64,000 nucleotides of DNA, from positions 64,001 through 128,000 of IMG/VR virus record IMGVR_UViG_3300027850_000002. One strand, written 5' to 3'. Shown here one piece after another: positions 8,340 to 18,376 of this stretch. The DNA comes from a virus. Under the pieces are notes generated by a model. It had not been told where the DNA came from, made no database searches, and saw only the letters and a list, made by a program, of their open reading frames with translations. How positions within the stretch are numbered: position 1 is the stretch's first letter; each line of letters begins with the position of its first letter. The translations under genes were made by a program, and so were the position numbers.

Positions 8340-11294
8340 TCACGCTTTAGCACTAACGACGGACGCCAGCGCAGCTTCTTCTTCATCTTCCCGCAGCTCC
8401 TCCAGGGACTCTTCATCGAGAACCTGGAGGAACTCCTGGTCAAGCGTCATCGGCTTGGGCGGGTTTCGAGCGATGTAGTCCGCCAAGGCGATCGTCTCGC
8501 CGTAGTTGGACCCCACGCTCACGTCGTGTGCGAACGCGACCGGCAGCCATGGGAACTTCTGGCTGACACGTTCCACGCAGTAGTAGTCGAAGAACGCTTG
8601 AGCCTGCCCGATGTACTTCTTCTTGATGGTTCCGACGATCGAGTCGTGAACCGTAATGCAGCAACGACCGCCGAGCTGTCCAATGTTCTCGAAGATTTCA
8701 ATGAGCTGCGCCACAACGATGTCTGACGACGTCGACTGAATCTTCATGTTCTTGCCACGCCGTTCAGCTTGGCCACGGAAAAAGCCGTTGACCGTCTGGA
8801 GCGGGAACCGACGGCGGCGCCCGAACAAGGTCTCGACGAAGCCCTTCGTGTGGATCTGAGCCACGACCTCGTCCATGTAGTTCTTCAGGGACGGGAAGCG
8901 GTTGAACAGCTTGTCGATGACGTTTTGTGCAGCCTCTTCCGAGATGCCGGCGGTCTCGGCAATCTTCTTCGCCATAGCGCCGTAGAGAATGCCGAACACG
9001 ACGCGCTTGACCGTGGTGCGCGTCTTGGACATCTCGTCACTGATGTCCTTCTGGGCCTCGACCTCTTCGTAGGGAATCCCGAAGATCTCCTGCGTGAACC
9101 AGCTGTGAACGTCGAGTCCCGCGTTCAACGCCGTGATGAGTTGTTCGTCGGGCGCATACGCCGTGAACACGCGAATCTCGGCGCCCTTCCAGTCAACGTT
9201 GAAGATCAGCTCCTCCTCGGGGTCGTCCGGGATGAAGATCTTCTTGATGTTCACACCTGCCAGCTTCTTGGGCTGGTTCTGCATGTTGACGTTCGACGAA
9301 GACAGACGTCCCGTCGACGTGCCGTGCAAGTGGAAGCTGGTGTGCAGGTAGCCGTCGTACTCAGACAGTGCCTTAATGTCGTGAACGAAGCCCGTCAGTG
9401 CCTTGTGCGCAGCACGGTACTCGAGCAGCGTCTTCGAGAACGGACACTTCATGCGTTCGACGAACGCCTTGAGCATCTTCTTGTCGGTCTTGTACTTGTT
9501 CGATTTCTTGTTCCGCTCGATCCAATCCTCTGCGTAAGCACGCCGTCCGCCCTCGGGCTGCGGTACGCCGATGCCGTAAAGGATCGTCGCGATGTCTGCC
9601 GTGGAGTTTGGGTTGAATTCGATCCCCTTGGCCTTCTTGTCGGGGTCCCACATGCTCGCAAGCATGGCCTTCTTCTCGTCAACAATCTTGGCGAGGTCGA
9701 TTTCGAGCTTCTCGATGTAAGGCCGATCGACACGAAAGCCGTCGAACTCCATCTTTCCAAGCACACGCGAGGCCGGCACGCAGTGGGAGGACATCAGGGC
9801 GCGCGCGTTCTGCTGGAAGCCCTCTTGCTGCATTCGCACAAACTGGTGACGCAGGAGACGTCGCGTCAGGTCGGTGTCGACGGCGGCATAGATGAGCAAG
9901 GTGTCGAGGGCAACGCGTTCGTAGCCTTCGTCCATCGATCGCTTCTTGCGGTCGCGCTTGGTACCAAACAAGTAGGACTCTAGTTCCTTTTTGCTCAGCT
10001 CCATCGTCAGGCCGTCTTCGATACCCGGGATGCCTTTCTTCGGTTTGCCCTTGCGTGTCTTGATGAGCACGGTGCGGACACCTTCTTCTTCGGGCGTCAG
10101 CTGCTCCGCCAGCTCCTGCACCTTGTCGGCGTAGTTGCTGAACATCGGGAAGTAGCTGCGACCCAAGACCTTGAGGCCGTAGGAGCCCGTCATGTCCTCG
10201 CGCAGGAGGTGCTCGCCGAGCAGCGAATCCCACGCGACGTTATTGACGCGCCAACCATGTCTCAGCTCGATCATCTTGAGATCGAACTTGGCGTTGTGGA
10301 AGACCTTGGGCTTCGCACACTCGAGCACTCGCTGAACGTGCCCGATGACTTCTTCCAACTCCTCGTCCGTCCACGTCGCTTCCCGATGGAACAACGGAAT
10401 TGCGGTCGCCCGTCCTGTGTCCCATGAGAACGAGATGCACAGGATCTTGGCGTCCTTGCGATGAGGATTGACGGTGTTGGTCTCGGTGTCCACCGCGAGC
10501 GCGCATTGCGATGCGGTCTTGGCGCCCTCGACCACGTAGTCGATCATCGTGTCGCAGATCTCTTTGACCTCCGCCACCGTTTGCGGAATCCGGTAGTCCT
10601 TGGTGACCTCTTCGATAGTCGCGTGCGTTCCCGCTTCGTCGACGCCGCCGGCGATACGCACCGCACGGACAACGTCGGCATAGAACAGGTTGTAGAGGCC
10701 GGTCTTGGCCACAAGGTGTTTCGTCGAAAACGTCGGCAAGACCTTGTAGGTCCTGCCTGCAACGTCGATGTCGAGAAGCCGCCCGCGCGACTCCATGAAC
10801 CTGTCGCCTTTATAGCCCAGTGACTTGAGTGCGGTTGCACCAAACGCCACGACGATCGTGGGTGATCGATCGAGCAGCTCACGTTGCAGGTAACTCGAGC
10901 ACTGGCGAATCGTGCCAGCCGACGCAGTCGCGTTCTGATCGCGACCCTCTTCGACCTGGCACTTGACTGCGTAGGTGTCCCACTTCGACAGGTGGTTCAT
11001 CTTCAGATTGCCGCCCGAGCGTCTGTCCAGCTCCTTCAGTTCCTTCCATACATTGCGGATGATGCGACCACCGCGTCCGTAGAACACCTCCTGATTGTTG
11101 GTCGACCAGGACGACGGCGACTCGGACACGAACATGATGTCGACTTTGCCGCGTGTGCCCTGCCCGAGAACCCGCTGCTTGGGCAGCAGTTCGCAGTTCT
11201 GGCAGCCGAAGCCTTTGGTCTTGTTCTGACTGTCCGGGTCCAACGACGGATTGTCGATTGGAATGACCGGAAGCTTGATCTTCTTCTCGGCCAC
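8340..11294 (-). CDS. polA: Family A DNA polymerase with N-terminal uracil-DNA-glycosylase-like domain and 3'-5' exonuclease
   Basis: DTET, FHNAKFD, YAAVD; TGRLSSSNVNMQN; motif A DWKGAEIR; motif B RTTVKRVVFGILYG; motif C TVHDS; N-terminal CQNC...MFVSESP...YAVKC...QC. Confidence 0.93.
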   Translation of the reverse strand: MAEKKIKLPVIPIDNPSLDPDSQNKTKGFGCQNCELLPKQRVLGQGTRGKVDIMFVSESPSSWSTNNQEVFYGRGGRIIRNVWKELKELDRRSGGNLKMNHLSKWDTYAVKCQVEEGRDQNATASAGTIRQCSSYLQRELLDRSPTIVVAFGATALKSLGYKGDRFMESRGRLLDIDVAGRTYKVLPTFSTKHLVAKTGLYNLFYADVVRAVRIAGGVDEAGTHATIEEVTKDYRIPQTVAEVKEICDTMIDYVVEGAKTASQCALAVDTETNTVNPHRKDAKILCISFSWDTGRATAIPLFHREATWTDEELEEVIGHVQRVLECAKPKVFHNAKFDLKMIELRHGWRVNNVAWDSLLGEHLLREDMTGSYGLKVLGRSYFPMFSNYADKVQELAEQLTPEEEGVRTVLIKTRKGKPKKGIPGIEDGLTMELSKKELESYLFGTKRDRKKRSMDEGYERVALDTLLIYAAVDTDLTRRLLRHQFVRMQQEGFQQNARALMSSHCVPASRVLGKMEFDGFRVDRPYIEKLEIDLAKIVDEKKAMLASMWDPDKKAKGIEFNPNSTADIATILYGIGVPQPEGGRRAYAEDWIERNKKSNKYKTDKKMLKAFVERMKCPFSKTLLEYRAAHKALTGFVHDIKALSEYDGYLHTSFHLHGTSTGRLSSSNVNMQNQPKKLAGVNIKKIFIPDDPEEELIFNVDWKGAEIRVFTAYAPDEQLITALNAGLDVHSWFTQEIFGIPYEEVEAQKDISDEMSKTRTTVKRVVFGILYGAMAKKIAETAGISEEAAQNVIDKLFNRFPSLKNYMDEVVAQIHTKGFVETLFGRRRRFPLQTVNGFFRGQAERRGKNMKIQSTSSDIVVAQLIEIFENIGQLGGRCCITVHDSIVGTIKKKYIGQAQAFFDYYCVERVSQKFPWLPVAFAHDVSVGSNYGETIALADYIARNPPKPMTLDQEFLQVLDEESLEELREDEEEAALASVVSAKA

Positions 11295-11329
11295 TACGTT
11301 TCCTCCGGTGTTGGCGGCATAAACATACT

Positions 11330-14300
11330 CTACGCGACGATTTCTCCGTCGTCTGTTCCTTGTGCTTTGTTCGGGTCGATCTCGGCCACCGTATCAACAG
11401 GCGTTGCAACCTTCGCCATCGCTTCGTCACGACGTGCGCGGGTTGCATCGAGCAGGTGCTTGATCGAGAACACCGAAATCAGATCGATGGGCTGACACGG
11501 TCCCATCACATCGACCAGACGTTCCAGCACACGGGCACGCTTCACTTCATCGTTGCCGATGTGATGAGGCGAGCGCTCGGACACTTGCTTGAGGAACGTT
11601 GGGGTCTCGGTGCGGTACCGCGTCTGCGCCAAGAGGCCCTGCGAAGCCTCGACCCAGTTCACGACGAGCCACTCCATCTTGGTATCGAGATAGACGCCCT
11701 TCTTGGTCTTGTTGATGTCGTCGAGCTTGTTCAAGTCGCCGAGCATCACGCGAATGGTCGTCATGCCGGACATCTGGTCCTGCGTGCCGACCGATGCTGT
11801 CTGGATGGCTGAGCCCAGGATGGTCTCGAAGATCTGCTCGTTCTCGGACGTCGTCTTGAGCCGTGCAAGCTGCTCGCGACGTGACTCCGCGAAGTCGTAG
11901 GCGAACTGCTGGTAGTTCGGAATCGGGTTCTCGCCTCCACGCTCCTTGGCCAAGCCGTTGAGCAAACGAAGCATCGCCAGGATCGGGAACATCGCTTCAC
12001 GGAACCGGGACGACGCGTGCGCGGGCAACCGACCGCCCGACACGTATTCCTGCTCGATCGCCGTCTGATGCTCGCGCAACGTCATCATGTGCGGCAAAAG
12101 CCCAACCACCATGTCGTGGCGCGTCTTGTTGATCAGGTCGTCGCCGAACTTGCCCGCGAGCGCCAGGACAGGGTCCTTGTGGGTCGCGTCCTTGACCAGC
12201 TCGAACTGCACGAAGCGCGACAGGGACGCAGCATCACGAAGCGGACGAATCGCGCACGCCACTAACGGGAACCGTAGGTGGTAGGTCCGGCTCTCGCCCG
12301 TCGTCGTTCCGATCGACCAGTTGACGGCGGTCTCGGAGATCAAGTCACGGCATAATTCGAGAACCTTGCGGACTGCGATCGACTTCGCATCGTTGCCGCC
12401 GTAGTCCTCGAACTCCTCCAAGCACAGTGTCAAGCTCGAGTTGTTGCGTTGCTGACGAATGGATGCAGCGGTGTAGCCCTGCATTGTGATCGCGTGCGCC
12501 ACAACATTGATGCGCGAGGCGCTGCCGCCGCCCACGAACCCTGCCGTGAACTTGCTCTTGCCCGACTCGTGCTCAGCGTTGAGGATGACCGCAGTCTGGC
12601 GCGTGAACACTGTCATCACCGAGAGGCACATGACGTAGGCCGCCAAGAACGTGCAGTCGAGCTGCTGATAGCGGAAGGCCCAGCCCGTTTCGACCATGTC
12701 CCGTACGCGCACGAATAAGTCCACCAGGTCGACGTTCGAGGACAGGTCCTTTGCGTCCTTGATGGTGTCGAGCCAAGGCGCGCCTGCGTTGTCGAAGATT
12801 GTGCCTTCGTGGCGCGGACCGTCGAGCGGCGTCGCCGTGTAGTTCGCGCCGTCGTGTAGCAGGCAGTACACGTCGCGGCCATTCACGAGGTAGGAGCGCA
12901 TGCGCCCCTCCGTCGTTTCCATCATGTGAATGCCTTGGCTCTTGATCGGGGCGTGATCCATCGACGGCAGGTCCTTTGCCATCATGAGCAGCGCGTAGTT
13001 CAAATACTCGCGGTACTTCTTCGCCTTCATCGTTACATTGAACTGAGACGCGTCCGGGTCATCACCCACAATGAAGGGCGGGTCGCCAACCGTCGCAGTG
13101 ATGAAGTCGTAGATGGGTCCGTAGTGTCGCGAGATGAGCGTCTCGGCGCTGCGCTCGTCGTTCAAGATGACCGTGTCAGTCGTTCGGCTTGCCTTGTTCC
13201 AGAGCGACAAGATGCGCTTGCGTCCTTCACCGTTCTGAATGCCGACGGGGTGGTACTTCTCGAGCAACGTCGTGTGCAGACGTTTGATGAACTCCTCTTC
13301 GTTGTCGTTCTTGACCAGGATGTCACGACGGAGAATCACGGCGTCGAGGTTGTGATCCTTGGCGACAGCTACGCAGTACGCGTTGCACACCTGCTCGTCC
13401 TTGAGCAGCGCGCCCCAGCGTTTCGCGGCGTGGCTGATCGCCGAGACGTCCGTCGTCCCGCTCTGGGCGATCTCCGCCGACATCTGGTCGTAGCACCACT
13501 CGTCTGTAGACGCGTACATCTTCTCGTTGTTGACGTACCGAACCCAGCGCGGGTACCCGATCTCCTTGATGGCGTTGTCGGGGTCCTTGATCCAAACGTT
13601 GGGTCGAGTGGGGTCATGCCAATCCACGTATTCATCCGGCCATCGAAAGACGCGGAACGAGAGGTTCTTGGCCTTGGATGCATCGAGGATCTGTTTGACG
13701 AAATTGTCACCGCCGCGATCTCGGTCAGGGACGATCCACACACGGTTGATGCCGAACGTTGCGAGACGGTCTACCGACTGGGACCCGCCGCCGCTGAGGG
13801 CGAGCGAGATGTAGTCATCGGACTGGCGTCGGATCTGTTGTGCGATTGCCGCGAGCGCGTCGAACTCGCCTTCCTTGCAGTGGCCGATGAAGCCCTTGTC
13901 GGGCCCGTCGGCTCCATGCTCTTCGGACGTCAGGTACGTGCGGTAGTAGCGTAGGCCGTAGAAGCCACGGAACCCGTCCATCTCAGGCTCGTAGGTATCC
14001 TCGACCCACGCCTGACTGACCGCGGGTGACACCGGCTCACGGAGCTTGAATCGACAGATCGTCGTGGGCGTATCGTCATAAGGGAACACGAGATGCCCGA
14101 TGTACGTTTGCCCGTCGGTGTACTTGCCGAAGTAGCTGCGGAAGAATTTGTACTCCTCAGAGGTATCCCCGAAGTGGTTCGCGATGTCGACGATGCGCGG
14201 AAAGATGCCGAGCAGTTCACGACCGAACAACGTGACCCACACGCCGTGTTGATCGAACGAGCCGTTGGGTTGATCCTTTTCAGCAACCAGCTCGTTGGGT

Positions 14301-14836
14301 GCCGTCTGTCCCAGCCGTCGCGTAAGCAGATAGTCGAGCGTTGGTTTGGTCCAGTTCAGGTCGTCCGTGACGAGCGTACCCGCAGCGTACGACTGCAGCG
14401 CCTTGTAGAGCAGGGCGCTGAAGTACGACATCAGGGCGTCCTTGTTCTTCTGGTAGACCTCATGGTCTCGGACCTTTTCGAACAGCTCCTTGGGAATCGC
14501 GGCGGAAAGACCCCAACGCTTCTTCGCGTAGATAAGAGCGTCGGAAACGCTCGTCTCATTGATCGCGGCGATGAAATGGATGGGGTTCCAGAACGAACGG
14601 TGGCAGCCAAAGCAACTCGCGCGATTCTTGTAAGGCGTGACCACGAATGACGCAGTACCGTCCGCATGGAACGGACAGCGCCCCTTGATGTGCGGACCTG
14701 AGATGTGGAAAGCCGCCTCCGGCTTCACCTCCGCAAGCCACGACATCCAGTCCATGTTCTGGACGTCGGTCCACACCCGATTGAGTCGGGTGAAGGCCAC
14801 CTTCGAATCCGTGTTCTTGGCCTTACGCGCCACCAA
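11330..14836 (-). CDS. DNA primase (CHC2 Zn finger + TOPRIM) fused to a C-terminal P-loop ATPase/helicase-like domain
   Basis: CPFH...CFGC; EGEFDALA and PDRDRGG; NAEHESGKSK and LCLEEFE. Confidence 0.8.
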   Translation of the reverse strand: MVARKAKNTDSKVAFTRLNRVWTDVQNMDWMSWLAEVKPEAAFHISGPHIKGRCPFHADGTASFVVTPYKNRASCFGCHRSFWNPIHFIAAINETSVSDALIYAKKRWGLSAAIPKELFEKVRDHEVYQKNKDALMSYFSALLYKALQSYAAGTLVTDDLNWTKPTLDYLLTRRLGQTAPNELVAEKDQPNGSFDQHGVWVTLFGRELLGIFPRIVDIANHFGDTSEEYKFFRSYFGKYTDGQTYIGHLVFPYDDTPTTICRFKLREPVSPAVSQAWVEDTYEPEMDGFRGFYGLRYYRTYLTSEEHGADGPDKGFIGHCKEGEFDALAAIAQQIRRQSDDYISLALSGGGSQSVDRLATFGINRVWIVPDRDRGGDNFVKQILDASKAKNLSFRVFRWPDEYVDWHDPTRPNVWIKDPDNAIKEIGYPRWVRYVNNEKMYASTDEWCYDQMSAEIAQSGTTDVSAISHAAKRWGALLKDEQVCNAYCVAVAKDHNLDAVILRRDILVKNDNEEEFIKRLHTTLLEKYHPVGIQNGEGRKRILSLWNKASRTTDTVILNDERSAETLISRHYGPIYDFITATVGDPPFIVGDDPDASQFNVTMKAKKYREYLNYALLMMAKDLPSMDHAPIKSQGIHMMETTEGRMRSYLVNGRDVYCLLHDGANYTATPLDGPRHEGTIFDNAGAPWLDTIKDAKDLSSNVDLVDLFVRVRDMVETGWAFRYQQLDCTFLAAYVMCLSVMTVFTRQTAVILNAEHESGKSKFTAGFVGGGSASRINVVAHAITMQGYTAASIRQQRNNSSLTLCLEEFEDYGGNDAKSIAVRKVLELCRDLISETAVNWSIGTTTGESRTYHLRFPLVACAIRPLRDAASLSRFVQFELVKDATHKDPVLALAGKFGDDLINKTRHDMVVGLLPHMMTLREHQTAIEQEYVSGGRLPAHASSRFREAMFPILAMLRLLNGLAKERGGENPIPNYQQFAYDFAESRREQLARLKTTSENEQIFETILGSAIQTASVGTQDQMSGMTTIRVMLGDLNKLDDINKTKKGVYLDTKMEWLVVNWVEASQGLLAQTRYRTETPTFLKQVSERSPHHIGNDEVKRARVLERLVDVMGPCQPIDLISVFSIKHLLDATRARRDEAMAKVATPVDTVAEIDPNKAQGTDDGEIVA

Positions 14837-15665
14837 ACTTCTCCTTGAACGCTGAACACTGGTCTTGGTACTGACACCAGCCGCACGGCCACCCTGGTTG
14901 ATTATTCTTCTTCATGCGTGATTCTGCTGGTCGCATCTCGAACGGAAGGGTCAGGTTGTCAGCAGCCGCATTGATGCGTCCGAACAACCACGGCGTGTAC
15001 AACTCACGTAACCGCTCCGCTGGGATGAACGTTGTCCACTGCAACAGGCGTTCGGGCGGGCCCTGTAAGAAGTTGATACCGCCACGAACACCTGCGATGT
15101 CAGGCATGTTGGGCAGTGCGAGAACGCCGTACGCCTGTAGTTGCTGGCGCTTCTTCTGGTCGCGCTCGAGAGGCTTGGCGACGCCCGACTTGTGGTCGAT
15201 CAGATAGAGATCGTTGTCGCGCGTGAGCGCACCCAGATCGAGCTTGCCCCGGAAGAACACATCTTCGGCAAAGAAGCCCGCAGGCTTGTACGTGTCGGAG
15301 AAGCCCCAATCGGCTTCGACGAACACCTTCGATACACCCTGCGCTTTGCAGAAGGCATCGAAGCGCCGGAGGAACGCGTCCATGTTCTCCTTGAGCATGA
15401 GCAACATCTCTTGCTCGTTGGATGTCAGCGGGGTCTTCTCCGTGGCCAGTTTTTCTGCGGCGCCGGCAGCGGTTCCTTGCACGCGATGTTCGAGCACTGC
15501 ATGCGCTACGATTCCGACTTTGGTATCGGACGGAGCCGAGCCCGCAGCCGTCTTGGAAATGTGCTTGTGCCCGAACTGCGCAGGACAAGACTCTGCGGTC
15601 TCCATTTTGGAGAAGGACCAAGGGGCGAACTTTCGCGCGAGTTCCGTAATCTCAAACGCGGGCAT
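14823..15665 (-). CDS. PD-(D/E)xK nuclease, Cas4/RecB/AddB-like
   Basis: WSFSK...CP, GKLDL, LIDHKSG, QLQAY, CGWCQYQDQC (1+3 Cys cluster). Confidence 0.85.
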   Translation of the reverse strand: MPAFEITELARKFAPWSFSKMETAESCPAQFGHKHISKTAAGSAPSDTKVGIVAHAVLEHRVQGTAAGAAEKLATEKTPLTSNEQEMLLMLKENMDAFLRRFDAFCKAQGVSKVFVEADWGFSDTYKPAGFFAEDVFFRGKLDLGALTRDNDLYLIDHKSGVAKPLERDQKKRQQLQAYGVLALPNMPDIAGVRGGINFLQGPPERLLQWTTFIPAERLRELYTPWLFGRINAAADNLTLPFEMRPAESRMKKNNQPGWPCGWCQYQDQCSAFKEKFGGA

Positions 15666-15681
15666 CGCACTCCTCGTTGGT

Positions 15682-15732
15682 GAAAAAGAAAAGTGCCGTC
15701 TTTCCGGCTGTCAGTTGTCTCTCCAACCGTCA
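15682..15732 (-). terminator. Tandem TGAC-hairpin element ending in an intrinsic terminator-like hairpin and U-tract
   Basis: Minus strand reads TGAC-G-GTTG-GAGAGA-CAAC-TGAC-A-GCCG-GAAAGA-CGGC-ACTTTTCTTTTT. Confidence 0.6.
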
Positions 15733-15838
15733 CGACTATTCCGGGCGCCGACCAATTGGCTTGTTCCGTACCGGGCGCTACCCGGCATCAACTATCCCGA
15801 GGCTCAATCGTTTCCTTGGTCTCGTCGACCTTCTCAGG

Positions 15839-16888
15839 TCACATGGGCTTCGACGAAGAACGTGCCGCACCGCCCTTGGTGGGCTTGGCGCCTGCGGGCG
15901 TCGTTGCATCAACGGGGCTCAGGTCCGGCTCGATGCCGTTGTTGGCGAGGCCCGCTTCGAGCGCACCTGCCGCGAACTGGCCCTCGGCCTCGGCTGCAGC
16001 CCGCGGGGCACGTGCCGGACGTGCGTAACAGTCCGCGAGGAACAGCTTGCGCCCCGCGACGTACATGCCGTAGAGCGCCTCGGCAAGACGCATCACATGT
16101 TCCGGGTTGTCCTTGCCCGTGGGCTCGACCTTGTAGACGAAGTACAGGCCGAGATCGCCCGTCTTCTTCTCGGTGTTGAGGAGGTAACTCTGGCGCCACA
16201 CGGCGGTCTGCTGCCCTGCGAGCGAGAGTAGCGCCGAGCCCGCCTTGCGTGACGTCTTGCCGAACTGCAGCATGTAGACCTGCGGGTTCACGAGATCCGT
16301 CGACATCACGATCGCGACGATGTTGTTCTGGCAGTCCGTCTTGTGTTGTTCACCGCGGCCGGCGTTCTGCTTGCCGAACGGCAGGTGGGGGCACTTCAGA
16401 CACTCACCAAACGGCGAACCAAGCTTGGCATCAGGCGCCTGGCACACCGGGTTCTTTCCCTGCTGCGGGAAGTTGATGTTCTCTTCGAAGAAGTAGAGCG
16501 GGATGACGGGCGTTGGCCGTTCGAGGAGCTGACCCGACGAGGTGTAGAGATCGCCGTTCTTGGCGGCCTCCGGCTTGGTCTCGGACTGTGACGTCGGCTG
16601 CACGATGCTCACGCGGGGAACTCGCCACGCAGCGACCATCTCTTCCATGCCGGGCTTGTTCGGTGAGGCGAGAGCGGCGAGAGTCTTCACGGCCTGACGC
16701 GCCACGTCGGGCATCGTCGTGTCGTCGGCAAGGTTTGCCAGTTCCTCGCGCTTACGGATGACTGTTGCTTCGAGAACGGCGGGGTCGAGGGCGGCAGCCG
16801 CAGCGCCCATGGAAGACTTGACGACCAGGGCCTTGGCGGGGACGACGGATGCGTTGGAGTCATTGGAACCGTTGGGGGAATCAGTCAT
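15839..16888 (-). CDS. Putative ssDNA-binding/recombination protein
   Basis: 349 aa in the replication block next to a nuclease; PRVSIVQPTS...KNGD; four Cys; flexible tails. Function inferred from context. Confidence 0.45.
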   Translation of the reverse strand: MTDSPNGSNDSNASVVPAKALVVKSSMGAAAAALDPAVLEATVIRKREELANLADDTTMPDVARQAVKTLAALASPNKPGMEEMVAAWRVPRVSIVQPTSQSETKPEAAKNGDLYTSSGQLLERPTPVIPLYFFEENINFPQQGKNPVCQAPDAKLGSPFGECLKCPHLPFGKQNAGRGEQHKTDCQNNIVAIVMSTDLVNPQVYMLQFGKTSRKAGSALLSLAGQQTAVWRQSYLLNTEKKTGDLGLYFVYKVEPTGKDNPEHVMRLAEALYGMYVAGRKLFLADCYARPARAPRAAAEAEGQFAAGALEAGLANNGIEPDLSPVDATTPAGAKPTKGGAARSSSKPM

Positions 16889-17109
16889 GTCATGTCCTTT
16901 TGAAATGCTAGAAGGGAAGTCACTCTAGTGATTTCGATGTTTGTTTGGCAAGCACTCACAGAAAGAAAATCTGGCGCTATTCCTGGGGTGCGTAACGAAA
17001 TGCTACGCAAGGGTGGTGGTGTACCCGCCGAGATTGGCACCCAACGGGTAGTGCCTGATCGTGGAACTATTTGATCACTCGTAAGACGCTTGGTAGTGTG
17101 TTCTTGAAT

Positions 17110-17898
17110 ATGGTGATCCCCCAGGCGCGTACCGCCTCGATGTACTACGCCGAAGTCGCACGGGTGCCGTTGGTGGATGACCCCACCGAAGAGAGGCGCC
17201 TGTTGCAACGATGGCAGCAACATCAAGACGTCAAGGCACGCAACGCCATCGTGCAAACCCATCTCCGCTTCGTCGTGAAGATGGCGCACAAGCGCAGCAA
17301 GGATCCCGAAGCCGTCAAGGACTTCATCGCGGCAGGAAACCTGGGTCTCCTTAAGGCGACCGACAAGTTTGACTGGGTACGCAAACCGTACATTCGCTTT
17401 CTGACGTACGCGGGTTGGTGGGTCTACGAAGAGATGTCGAATCAGGACTACACGACGGCCACGCTCGTTCACGTCCCCGCCCATCGCCAGAAAGCACAAC
17501 GCAGAAACGCACGGGAGTTCCGCGCGGCGGTCCAAGAGCACGGACCCGATGCTGCCTCGGTGCAGAAGATGAACCCCGGACTGTCCGAGAGCGTCGTCAT
17601 GCCGCTCGAGGCGGCGCGTTACACCACCAATGCGACCGAGAGTGAGCCGACGTCTACCTATGGGTCGGATCGGCTTCGTTCGATCGTTCGTGAGGTCATT
17701 GGTCGACTGCCTTCCCGAGAGCAGACCGTCCTCAACCTCTTCTACGGCATCAAAGACGATGCACGGAACTTGGTCCAGATCGCGGCCATCATGGGCATGT
17801 GCTCTGAGCGAGTTCGGCAAATCAAGACCAACGGGATGCGCTTACTTCAGGCTGAGTTCGAAGAAGAGCTGCTGACCGCCGAAGACGCGTATCTCTAG
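17110..17898 (+). CDS. RNA polymerase sigma factor, sigma70 family (regions 1.2, 2, 4)
   Basis: YYAEVARVPL...EERRL; HLRFVVKMA; DFIAAGNLGLLKATDKFD; RFLTYAGWWV; LPSREQTVL...SERVRQI. Confidence 0.92.
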   Translation: MVIPQARTASMYYAEVARVPLVDDPTEERRLLQRWQQHQDVKARNAIVQTHLRFVVKMAHKRSKDPEAVKDFIAAGNLGLLKATDKFDWVRKPYIRFLTYAGWWVYEEMSNQDYTTATLVHVPAHRQKAQRRNAREFRAAVQEHGPDAASVQKMNPGLSESVVMPLEAARYTTNATESEPTSTYGSDRLRSIVREVIGRLPSREQTVLNLFYGIKDDARNLVQIAAIMGMCSERVRQIKTNGMRLLQAEFEEELLTAEDAYL

Positions 17899-18368
17899 AA
17901 CCCGAGGTACTTCAGCTCTTCATAGCCGAGCTTTGGCTTGACCACGATGGGCGTCCCGTTCGCGGTGTAGCCCGTCACGTCACGCAAGTTACGGATGATC
18001 GTCTCGAGCCATTCGACCTGAGACTTCTCGCCGTCCATGTGGTCCTGCTCGGTGAGCAGGAAGTTGATGACGCCGGTGCCGATGGTGACTTCCTCCTGTA
18101 CGCCGCCAGTGCTCGTTTGAGCGTTCGACGTGTATGACATCCGGTTACGCTGCCTTGCTTTTTCCTGTGTGCGCATCTGGTTCTGGATGTCGATGAGTAC
18201 GGCATCAGTGACCTTGTGTTTCGTGCGCATCTTCTGAATGCGTACGCCGCGCTCTTCGATCTTGTTGCGGATGTCGACGCTCTTCTTCTTCTTGGCGGCC
18301 GTGACAATCTCGTCTGCGGTCTTCTCGAACGTGAAATTGAACATGTTGTCGATCCTCTGAACCTGCAT
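17895..18368 (-). CDS. Hypothetical protein
   Basis: 157-aa ORF with typical codon usage. Confidence 0.65.
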   Translation of the reverse strand: MQVQRIDNMFNFTFEKTADEIVTAAKKKKSVDIRNKIEERGVRIQKMRTKHKVTDAVLIDIQNQMRTQEKARQRNRMSYTSNAQTSTGGVQEEVTIGTGVINFLLTEQDHMDGEKSQVEWLETIIRNLRDVTGYTANGTPIVVKPKLGYEELKYLGF

Positions 18369-18376
18369 GGCGTCTC

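Noticed and set aside
15682-17100. tRNA genes in the larger intergenic gaps
   Set aside because: No cloverleaf with a T-loop GTTCRA and acceptor stem was recognisable by eye
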